DNA of 57,653 nucleotides from IMG/VR virus record IMGVR_UViG_3300037478_000323, positions 1 to 57,653 of that record; one strand, given 5' to 3'. Under the pieces are notes generated by a model that saw only the letters and a list, made by a program, of their open reading frames with translations, searched no databases and was not told the origin of the DNA. The stretch is from a virus. Lineage: Duplodnaviria > Caudoviricetes. Below are positions 17,855-25,195 of the stretch, piece after piece (within the stretch, counting starts at the first letter, position 1; the number at the start of each line of letters is the position of its first letter). The position numbers and the translations under genes are program-made.

Positions 17855-18475
17855 ATGTCGAATCAAGATCTCAAAGCGGTGTTGGCGAAGATCTCCGACG
17901 CTGGCACCATGGCGGAGTACGCTCCCAAGCTCGCGGCCGGTGACCATGTCCTGGTTCTCCGAGGCCCTGTGAAGATGGGGGACACGCGAGAGAGCGGGCG
18001 CAAGCTCGAAGCCGACTTCTCGGTGTTCGAGTCCGACACCCTGCGCGAGACCGAGCAGAGAGGCGATGTCTGGTTCATCGACATCGCCCACAAGATGCAG
18101 GGGCACTACGCTCAGAAGCGCTTCAACAGCTTTGTCGCCGCGGTCGGCGCAGGGCTCGGAGCCTCCGATGAGGCGATGATGAACGCGATCGTCACCGATG
18201 ACGCACGCGGTCTCATGGTGCGGGCCCGAAGCCGCCCGGCGCTGAACAAGGATGACGGAAGCCAGATCATCGACAAGAAAGGAAACGTCGTCTGCAACAC
18301 CGCATACACCGCGTATCCGATGACGGCCGAGCTTATCGTCAAGGTGCGCGAGTGGCTCGACGGTCACGCTCCGGTGGTCGCCGCCGAGACGCCCGCCCCT
18401 GCTCCCGCGGTCGCTCCGCCAAGTGCTCCGGCGACCGGTGGCAGCATCCTCGGTCGCTTCGGCATCAGCAAGTAA
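17855..18475 (+). CDS. Putative ssDNA-binding protein (OB-fold-like)
   Basis: AAGGA RBS; size, Pro/Ala-rich tail and position in the replication module. Confidence 0.5.
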   Translation: MSNQDLKAVLAKISDAGTMAEYAPKLAAGDHVLVLRGPVKMGDTRESGRKLEADFSVFESDTLRETEQRGDVWFIDIAHKMQGHYAQKRFNSFVAAVGAGLGASDEAMMNAIVTDDARGLMVRARSRPALNKDDGSQIIDKKGNVVCNTAYTAYPMTAELIVKVREWLDGHAPVVAAETPAPAPAVAPPSAPATGGSILGRFGISK

Positions 18476-18494
18476 ACGTCGGCTGACGCCGACC

Positions 18495-18560
18495 GCGCGG
18501 GCAGGGGACACGCTCCGATGAGTATCTCGGAGATCGGCCGTTCGACTCGGCCGCCGCGCA
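18495..18560 (+). ncRNA. Atypical tRNA-like element (no D-stem, expanded anticodon loop)
   Basis: GCGCGG/CCGCGC acceptor, CTCCGA/TCGGAG stem, GGCCG-TTCGACT-CGGCC T-arm. Confidence 0.5.
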
Positions 18561-18564
18561 CTAC

Positions 18565-18636
18565 TCGGGAGTTGTTGGTTCGAATCCAACCAGACGGCTT
18601 CGGCTGGCTGTGGGCGTAATAGGTAACGCCGCCCGG
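18565..18636 (+). ncRNA. Circularly permuted tRNA-like cloverleaf
   Basis: T-arm GTTGG-TTCGAAT-CCAAC, acceptor closed by C(TTCG)G, D-arm GGCG/CGCC with GG, anticodon stem TCGGG/CCCGG at the ends. Confidence 0.6.
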
Positions 18637-18657
18637 ACTTTTCAAACGGAGAGATCA

Positions 18658-18834
18658 ATGAAGGCTTACCTGGTCGTTAAAGAGTTTGGTGGTGTTGAAG
18701 AACGCGTCTTGATCAAAGAGATGCGACCCGCTTGCGGCGGCGGTTTCATGATCCAGACGATCGACGGTTGTGAGCACATGCTTCGTTACGATGACTCAGC
18801 GGGTGACAACTGGATCGAGTTCGACTACTCATGA
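18658..18834 (+). CDS. Hypothetical protein
   Basis: GGAGA RBS before ATG 18658. Confidence 0.55.
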   Translation: MKAYLVVKEFGGVEERVLIKEMRPACGGGFMIQTIDGCEHMLRYDDSAGDNWIEFDYS

Positions 18835-19136
18835 ACGACGCCGACAAACGGATCGCTTTCCCGCACGCCTTCGAGGAAGGTGCTTGCTCGCAGTGTGGGC
18901 TCTGCGACCTGGCGGAGATGCCTTGCGGCTGTGATGTCTGCTGGCGATGCCTCGAGCGCTTCGACGGGGACAGCTACGCGAAGTGTCCCGAGTGCTCGGT
19001 AGCGATCTGGGTCGACGGAGCCTTGGAGCTGGTCATGCTCGACACTTGGAGTGGTCGCGATGAGGACGCGGCCGACGATGGCGACTGTCTTGATCGCCGC
19101 GTGTGGGACCTTGACCCGAGCAACGGAGAGATCTAA
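18831..19136 (+). CDS. Cys-rich RING-like zinc-finger protein
   Basis: CxxC..PCGCDVCxxC..CPEC pattern. Confidence 0.55.
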   Translation: MNDADKRIAFPHAFEEGACSQCGLCDLAEMPCGCDVCWRCLERFDGDSYAKCPECSVAIWVDGALELVMLDTWSGRDEDAADDGDCLDRRVWDLDPSNGEI

Positions 19137-19546
19137 TGACAGACGCTGAGCTTCACGAAATCGCCATCGATACTCTGGACTATGTAGACCGCACAGGCTT
19201 CGAGTGGAAAGAGATCATCTGGGCCATGCGCGCCGCGGTCGGCAAAGTCGAGGCGGAGCGCGACCGGTACAAGGAAGCTCTAGAGGCGATTCTCGAGCAC
19301 TGCCACTCGGAGTTCAGCACGTTCTCCACCGCCGTGGAGATCGTCTGCGCCGATGCGCTTTACGGCGAGCACGGCGATGGCGACTCTTGCGGAGTCTTCT
19401 ATCCGTGTATCGAAGCGACTCCCGAGACGGACATGAGGTGTCCCGAGACCCTAGACGGTCACCGGTGCCAGCGCAAAAACCGCCACGAAGGCAAACACCA
19501 CGTCGGTGAGCATGGGCCGTGCCTTGTGTGGGGCGGTAAGTCATGA
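19136..19546 (+). CDS. Hypothetical protein
   Basis: GGAG RBS, TAATG coupling; C..C...H.G.H motif. Confidence 0.55.
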   Translation: MTDAELHEIAIDTLDYVDRTGFEWKEIIWAMRAAVGKVEAERDRYKEALEAILEHCHSEFSTFSTAVEIVCADALYGEHGDGDSCGVFYPCIEATPETDMRCPETLDGHRCQRKNRHEGKHHVGEHGPCLVWGGKS

Positions 19547-19725
19547 GCGGCCCCGACTACCCCGGACAGGGTGACCCCTGGGGCGACTACCTCCACTTCC
19601 GGGCGATGGCGATCCGCGAGTTCGTGCGCGATGGATATGAATTCGACGATATCGTGAGGATCCTCAACCTGAGCGACTACGAACACGCGGAGAGAATCTT
19701 CGAGGCCACCCGGGATGGATGCTGA
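19543..19725 (+). CDS. Small HTH-like protein
   Basis: ATGA-coupled; G....DI...LNLS pattern. Confidence 0.45.
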   Translation: MSGPDYPGQGDPWGDYLHFRAMAIREFVRDGYEFDDIVRILNLSDYEHAERIFEATRDGC

Positions 19726-19933
19726 CCCCGAGCTCCTATCCGCGATCAGGGGCCTGACAGAAGCAGTCAGTAGACTGAATCGCGTTATCAGCGACCGTGA
19801 ACCGCCATGGAAAGAATCCTCGGACCCTACTTCGAAGCCGGACGAAACCGATACCGAGTCATCGAAATTACAGGAGATGGCTCGAAAGTCTCTAGAGCGT
19901 TTCGCAGCGAAAAGGACGCCGAGCGCTACGTAG
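19715..19933 (+). CDS. Hypothetical protein overlapping the integrase start
   Basis: In-operon ORF overlapping int by 127 nt. Confidence 0.4.
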   Translation: MDADPELLSAIRGLTEAVSRLNRVISDREPPWKESSDPTSKPDETDTESSKLQEMARKSLERFAAKRTPSAT

Positions 19934-20886
19934 AGATCCTGAAAGCCGGGATCGCGCAGCTCGATCGGACCACCGACTCCCTCACCAAGCGCTACATCCG
20001 CGAACTCCGGGAACGAGGCCTGAAGGAGCGCTCCATCGAGCGCACCGAGTGGGCCCTGGCGAGCTTCTTCCCGAAGCCCTTGCCTCTGGCCGCCCTCTCC
20101 CCGTCGCGCTGTCAGGGACTCTATGACGACCTGAGGACGCGGCCGAGCAAGACGACCGGCGAGCCCCTAGCCCCCGACTCTCACCGCGCCTCGCTCAAGG
20201 AGACGAAGACGTTTCTCCGGTGGTGCGTCGACGGCGGTCACCTCAAGGAGCACCCGGCGACGAAGGTCAAAGGGGTCGGCAAACTCCGCCCCCGGGGCAA
20301 GTCCCTCGGCAAGTCAGGGTACAAGATGCGGATCAAGGATGCCCGCGTCTGGTTCGGCGCCGCGCTCGAGATGGTCGAAGCGGGGGACTCCGGCGCCGTC
20401 GCAGGGATCGTCGCCGTGCTCCTGGGCCTGCGAGCGAGCGAGATCGTCGGTCTGGTCTGCGGCAACCTCGACGAAGACGAGCGACCCGGCGACGTCATCC
20501 ACGTCGAGGATCGCAAGAACGAGAAAGATTTGACCCTCGAGGTCCCCGAGCTCCTGTCGGACATGCTCCTGAAGCTGGTCGACGGTCGTGAGCCCGGGGA
20601 TCCGATTTTCCGTGGTCGCGGGGATCAGCCTCATACTCGGCAATGGGTACGCGACCAGGTGCACCGGGTTTGCCGGAAAGCCGGGATCCCAAATGCTACG
20701 GCTCACTCCATGCGCGGTCTGATCGCGACGCTGCTCTCGAAGCGAGGGATCGCCGCGCAGCTGATCGCCGACCAGCTCGGCAATGACCCCGAGGTCATGC
20801 GCCGTCACTACGCGGAGCCCGGCGCCGAAGAGGCTGGTGAAGTCGTCGAGGGTCTGAAACTGCTACAGGGAGGAAAGACTGGATGA
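19807..20886 (+). CDS. int: Tyrosine integrase
   Basis: GLRASEI (R), RKN (K), HSMR (HxxR), LGN, RHY (Y); attP downstream. Confidence 0.9.
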   Translation: MERILGPYFEAGRNRYRVIEITGDGSKVSRAFRSEKDAERYVEILKAGIAQLDRTTDSLTKRYIRELRERGLKERSIERTEWALASFFPKPLPLAALSPSRCQGLYDDLRTRPSKTTGEPLAPDSHRASLKETKTFLRWCVDGGHLKEHPATKVKGVGKLRPRGKSLGKSGYKMRIKDARVWFGAALEMVEAGDSGAVAGIVAVLLGLRASEIVGLVCGNLDEDERPGDVIHVEDRKNEKDLTLEVPELLSDMLLKLVDGREPGDPIFRGRGDQPHTRQWVRDQVHRVCRKAGIPNATAHSMRGLIATLLSKRGIAAQLIADQLGNDPEVMRRHYAEPGAEEAGEVVEGLKLLQGGKTG

Positions 20887-21027
20887 CGAAGGAAAAAGAG
20901 GAGAGGCAAGGTTTCTACTGGTCGCGCACCGTTTGCCCACGGTGTCATCAGCGGGGCCATCGCTTCATGGATTGTCCTGTGGAGGAGCAGTACATCGATT
21001 GGCCGCTGGACAGGGAGGGAAAACGGG

Positions 21028-21315
21028 ATGAGTGAGACGATCACAGTTACTTGGTTCACGCGCCCTGGGTGCACGTCGGTCTCATTGAGCGGTCGGGAGA
21101 TGACCGTGACGTTCACAGAGGCGACGCCCGCGGATTTCCGAGAAGACCTGCTTCGTCGAATGAAGATCGAGTTCGCTAAACACAAAGCCGACCAGGAGAC
21201 CGGTTGCGCTGTCCGTGCTTGGCTGAACGGAGAGATCGACAGGCGACTCGAGGACGGCTCGCTATACGAAACCGGCATCGGCTGGGTCTGGGATCCTCAC
21301 CTGGAGTTCCTCTAA
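21028..21315 (+). CDS. Hypothetical protein
   Basis: GGAGG RBS; lies between int and attP. Confidence 0.5.
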   Translation: MSETITVTWFTRPGCTSVSLSGREMTVTFTEATPADFREDLLRRMKIEFAKHKADQETGCAVRAWLNGEIDRRLEDGSLYETGIGWVWDPHLEFL

Positions 21316-21316
21316 C

Positions 21317-21380
21317 TTGGGTGGCCGGGCGTTTACCCAACCCTTTACCCACCACCTTTTAAACGCTCGGCCAATCCCAA
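21317..21380. terminator. Hairpin next to attP containing TTTACCCA direct repeats
   Basis: TGGCCGGGCGTTTA...TAAACGCTCGGCCA inverted repeat; TTTACCCA at 21332 and 21344 (possible Int arm sites). Confidence 0.5.
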
Positions 21381-21396
21381 AAAGCCCAATGATATT

Positions 21397-21440
21397 GTCG
21401 GGGCGACTGGATTTGAACCAGCGACTCCTTGACCCCCAGT
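21397..21440 (-). other. attP: attP core = 3' half of tRNA-Pro(GGG)
   Basis: Reverse complement ACTGGGGGTCAAGGAGTCGCTGGTTCAAATCCAGTCGCCCCGAC: anticodon loop through acceptor strand; 5' half absent. Confidence 0.88.
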
Positions 21441-21532
21441 AAGGGCATTACGAATGAATCCGGGCACCTGCACGGGAGAATATTTCCCACCGTGGCGAAG
21501 TGCAAGGGATCGTTCCGAGAATCTGGGAAACG

Positions 21533-21835
21533 CTAGGTGATCGCGCCGTGGACCACGAACGTGGAGACGCCATCGGCCGGAGAGGTCTCGATAGACCCAC
21601 CGCCCCAGTCGATCTCGAGCTCGAAGTACCAGATCCCGGCTTCGTCAAGGTCCCCCGTCTCGAGTTCGTACTCGACCTGACCGGCGGGACCGTCGGTGAC
21701 ATCCCCCGTCCAATTCACCACGGTGCCGGACGGTTTGCGCACGCGGAAAGTCACCGTCGCATCGCTGAGGTCAACCGGGGATCCGTCGCTGGTCACCTCG
21801 ACAGCAATCGGTGGTGAGGTGTCGCCGACTTTCAT
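21533..21835 (-). CDS. BppU-N-like Ig-fold virion accessory protein
   Basis: GDT...V...DG.PVDLS.ATV.F...KP.G..G.VEY....DLDEAG.W..E pattern; ATGA-coupled. Confidence 0.7.
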   Translation of the reverse strand: MKVGDTSPPIAVEVTSDGSPVDLSDATVTFRVRKPSGTVVNWTGDVTDGPAGQVEYELETGDLDEAGIWYFELEIDWGGGSIETSPADGVSTFVVHGAIT

Positions 21836-23226
21836 TTCCTGAGCCTGACTCGCGAGTGCCGCGATCGTTGTTTGATTTGGTCCCGCCGGACCCTTAGACG
21901 GAGCTTCACTTGCTTGAGAGACCCGGGCCGAGCCGAAGGAGATCCAACGGTCAGGGTGCCGCTTGCCAATCCGCTGGCTCCCGCCGCCGCGGACAGCTGT
22001 CGATCGACCGACAGGGAGCCCGAAGCCGTCGAGTCTGCCGCCGCCGAACCAGACAGCCCTCGGGTGGCCGCGACAGCCCCTGAGGCGCTGGCGGAGCTGG
22101 AGCTCGAACCGGACAGCCTCACGCCGGACGCGGTCTCCAGCGCCCCCAAGGACGCCCCTGACGCCGCCGCGGCGCCGCTCAGCCCCCGAGTGACCCCGAT
22201 GGCACCGGAGACGGTGCTCGAGACCGCGACGCCGCCGGCGAGCGACTGGAGCCCCCCGACGCTCAGATCGCCGCTGGCTGCCCCCGTGGCGCTCGCCGAC
22301 CCGGACAGACCCCAACCGACGGCGATCGCGCCGGACGCTGCCGAGGAGCTCGCCACGTCGCCCGTGAGACCCGCCGAGCCGGAAATGGACAGCTCGCCCC
22401 CGGCGTCGCTAGCCGCGGACAGGGAGCCGCTCAGGCCACGAGTCGTGGAGATGGCGCCGGCGCTCAAAGCGGAAGCGGAGGCCTCGCCGCTCAGCCCCCG
22501 GACACGGGACAGCGAGCCGGACGCCGACGATGAGGCACTTGTGGCGCCATCGAGGCCGACGGCTGCCGACGCGATCGACAGATCACCCGAGGCGCTCGAC
22601 GTCGCCGCTGCGGAGCCGTCCAGCCCGCGAGTCGCCAGGAGCGCCCCCGCGGCGATGGCGACTGCGGCGGCAAGCCCCGCCATACCCCTCAAGGGCGACA
22701 GCGATCCAGCGGTGGACGAAGACGCGGAGGCGGATCCGGCGAGTGAGACGGCGCTGCCGGTCGAGTATTCGACGTTCCACTCGATAGCGCCGACGTCCAT
22801 GGTGGCGCGGGCGCCCGGGGCTCCGCCGGACTTGGTTCCGTGCACCAGGCACTCGACGGAGCTGCCATCGGCGCCGGATAGCTGGGATGCATCCCAAGCG
22901 AGGGAGACCACCTGCCCAGACTCGGACGTGACGTTGACGTCGCTCCCCGCCGCAACGAGCAACCCGCCCTCCCATAGCTCTAGGCGAGCGGTGGGCGTGC
23001 CGCTTTGCCCCGAGGTCTTGCGCACGAGCGCGCGGAACTCCTGGCTCGACGCCGGCGCCCCGGTCGGGGTCGCGAAGGAAACGCGGACTTCGGTATCGGT
23101 GTTGTTCCCTGACTGCGTTAGCCAGGCACCGTCAGGCGAGTCGGGATCGTCGTCGATGTCGCCGACCGAACCGGACAGCTGAGACGACGCCAAGATCGCG
23201 TCAGGCGCCTGACGCTCAGTCGCCAT
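21832..23226 (-). CDS. Ala/Ser/Gly-repeat fibre-like virion protein
   Basis: Globular N-terminus followed by ~21-24 aa L.G...A.S...G.L repeats. Confidence 0.65.
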   Translation of the reverse strand: MATERQAPDAILASSQLSGSVGDIDDDPDSPDGAWLTQSGNNTDTEVRVSFATPTGAPASSQEFRALVRKTSGQSGTPTARLELWEGGLLVAAGSDVNVTSESGQVVSLAWDASQLSGADGSSVECLVHGTKSGGAPGARATMDVGAIEWNVEYSTGSAVSLAGSASASSSTAGSLSPLRGMAGLAAAVAIAAGALLATRGLDGSAAATSSASGDLSIASAAVGLDGATSASSSASGSLSRVRGLSGEASASALSAGAISTTRGLSGSLSAASDAGGELSISGSAGLTGDVASSSAASGAIAVGWGLSGSASATGAASGDLSVGGLQSLAGGVAVSSTVSGAIGVTRGLSGAAAASGASLGALETASGVRLSGSSSSSASASGAVAATRGLSGSAAADSTASGSLSVDRQLSAAAGASGLASGTLTVGSPSARPGSLKQVKLRLRVRRDQIKQRSRHSRVRLRK

Positions 23227-23229
23227 AGG

Positions 23230-23613
23230 CTAGTTGAGGGAGACGGTGATATCGCCGACGGCGAATTCAGCGGTGTCGTCGGCGCCGATGGCCTTCGAGG
23301 AGCCGAGCGCGCCGTAGGCCAGCATGTTGCCATTGGTCGCGGCATCGAAGATCGCGAAGTGCGTCACGGTGCCCCAGCTGCCAGTAGCGGTGTCGTAGGT
23401 GACCGCGGAGCTGTTGGCGATCTCGCCGCCGGACGATGCGCCGAACGTCGAGGCGACTCGGGCGTATGCGTTGCCTGAGACCTCGGTACCGCCGCCGGCG
23501 TCGGAGGGCGCCGCGGTGAAGAGGGCAGCATAGACGGTCGTCGGCGACGTAAACGCCGTGTTGCGGAAAGTGTGGTCGAGGAGTTTGTTCTCGAGGTAGT
23601 CAGAAAAGCTCAT
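23230..23613 (-). CDS. Conserved small phage structural protein (fibre/tail-associated)
   Basis: SDYLENKLLDH, ALFTAAP.D...GTEVSG..YAR, WGTVTHFAIFDAAT.GN motifs; GGAG RBS. Confidence 0.75.
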   Translation of the reverse strand: MSFSDYLENKLLDHTFRNTAFTSPTTVYAALFTAAPSDAGGGTEVSGNAYARVASTFGASSGGEIANSSAVTYDTATGSWGTVTHFAIFDAATNGNMLAYGALGSSKAIGADDTAEFAVGDITVSLN

Positions 23614-23705
23614 AGGGTGATCTCCCCAGCGTCAGAAGTTTGACTGACGGTACCACGGGCTTCTGACTCGGTACACTCGGGGTGTGATTTCCACAACTTG
23701 GGCCG

Positions 23706-23734
23706 GTTGGAATTATCTCTGACGCCCTGACGTT
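23706..23734 (+). promoter_or_regulatory. Leaderless ECF-type promoter with overlapping palindrome
   Basis: GGAAT(23709)-N18-GTT-8 nt-ATG(23743). Confidence 0.7.
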
Positions 23735-23742
23735 CAAACGGT

Positions 23743-24021
23743 ATGGCAGACACCCAGACCTACGACCCGTCAGAGGTAACGCTCTCATTCAATGGACAGC
23801 CGATCCTAGGATTCGTCAAAGCGAGTTTTCTGCCGGCACTTCTCCCCTTCCCCTGCAACGGGGTCGGAGGCTGGGAGCTCGTCGAGTTCGAGCGTCTCGA
23901 GGAAGTCGTCGACGGCCGCGTCCATATCTTCGGGGCATACGTCTATGAGCACTTCAACGAGATCACCGATGAGACGAAGCAGATCAGCCTGACGCGGTCG
24001 CTAGGGAGTTACTCGCTATGA
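23743..24021 (+). CDS. Protein with tail-tube-like N-terminus
   Basis: TYDPSEVTLSFNGQPILGF resembles TYDPSAIVLTWRQIPIVGV of the tube gene at 52194. Confidence 0.55.
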   Translation: MADTQTYDPSEVTLSFNGQPILGFVKASFLPALLPFPCNGVGGWELVEFERLEEVVDGRVHIFGAYVYEHFNEITDETKQISLTRSLGSYSL

Positions 24022-24154
24022 GTATTCTGACCAAGTATCAGGCGGAGAAGATTGCGAAGGCTGCCGGCATCGAAAAACCCGCCGCGAGCATGGCTTGGCG
24101 TCTGTGGTTCGCTGCTATGCAAGCCGCCTACGCGCAGGGTCGCGAGGTGTCGCA

Positions 24155-24709
24155 GTGAGTCGGATCCGATTCGGTCCGTCGATGCCCACCTTCACCGGGC
24201 GACTCTGGTACCCACTCGATCTCCGCCCCGAGGACTTCGAGATCGAGGACATCGCGCATCACCTGGCGTTCGGTTGCGGGCGGTACGGTGGTGCTACCCG
24301 GGTCTATTACTCGGTGGCGGAGCACTCGATCCACGTCAGCCGACTCGTGCCTGAGGAATACGCCCTCGAGGGTCTCATGCACGACGCCAGCGAGGCGGTT
24401 GTGGGGGACATGATCAAACAGCTCAAGTCACTGAGCGTCATGCTCGGTTTCCGCACGCTGGAGAAGACTGTTTCCCGCGTCATCTATGAGCGCTTCGGGG
24501 TCAAGTCCACGCCGAAATCCGCCGCCGCCGTCCACGACATCGACACCCGGATCGTCGTCGACGAGTGTCTCACGCTACTGACGAACGGCGCCGCTTATCT
24601 CCGGTCGAAGGGCGTTGATTCCTACCCTCTCGGGGCCAGCATCGCCGGTTATTCCCCGGAGCGCGCCGAGGTCGCATTTCTTCTCCGTTACCACGAGCTT
24701 TCGCTGTGA
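24155..24709 (+). CDS. HD-domain 5'-deoxynucleotidase-like phosphohydrolase
   Basis: IEDIAHHLA..RY.G, YSVAEHS, LMHDASEA.VGD motifs. Confidence 0.88.
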   Translation: MSRIRFGPSMPTFTGRLWYPLDLRPEDFEIEDIAHHLAFGCGRYGGATRVYYSVAEHSIHVSRLVPEEYALEGLMHDASEAVVGDMIKQLKSLSVMLGFRTLEKTVSRVIYERFGVKSTPKSAAAVHDIDTRIVVDECLTLLTNGAAYLRSKGVDSYPLGASIAGYSPERAEVAFLLRYHELSL

Positions 24710-25044
24710 GACACGAAAAGATGGTAACCACCCACAAAGCGCTGTTTGTAGCGAACTACATCAACGATCGGCTCAGCCGATACTTTGTTGCCTTAGGAGG
24801 TTCGACGCTCAAGGGTCCAGGCAACGATGTTGATCTAGTCGTGCTCCCACATTCGCTAGACGATTACGATCCGGCTGACCTCAGGGAGCAGTTAAGGGAA
24901 GCGGGACTAAGGCTTCGTTACGACTGCCCTCAAGTACATCGGGACTGGAGAAAGAAGGGCTCCACCGACACTAAGGTTGTCGAGGTATGGGAGATCGGGA
25001 CCGTTAAGGTCGATCTGTTCTTCCCTTACGAGAGTGCGGAATGA
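24706..25044 (+). CDS. Minimal nucleotidyltransferase-fold protein
   Basis: LGGS......DVDLVV and distal VDLFF motifs. Confidence 0.65.
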   Translation: MRHEKMVTTHKALFVANYINDRLSRYFVALGGSTLKGPGNDVDLVVLPHSLDDYDPADLREQLREAGLRLRYDCPQVHRDWRKKGSTDTKVVEVWEIGTVKVDLFFPYESAE

Positions 25045-25195
25045 TCGACACCCAAGGTGATTGGCTCCTTGAGTCTCTCGCAGAGACCCGACGAGCTCTC
25101 GACGAGTTGCCTGAGAGTCAGAAGCGTGCTTTTGAAAAGGATCTTGCGTTCCAAAGAGAGCGCAAACGGTTGGCGCAACTCCGAGGGTACGGAGA

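Noticed and set aside
21397-21440. Functional tRNA-Pro gene
   Set aside because: The 5' acceptor strand and D-arm are absent; it fits an attP core.
21872-23182. 436-aa plus-strand ORF and other long antisense ORFs (e.g. 865-1896, 9245-10300, 53139-54119)
   Set aside because: Shadow frames of real genes in GC-rich DNA; no motifs, RBS or coupling.
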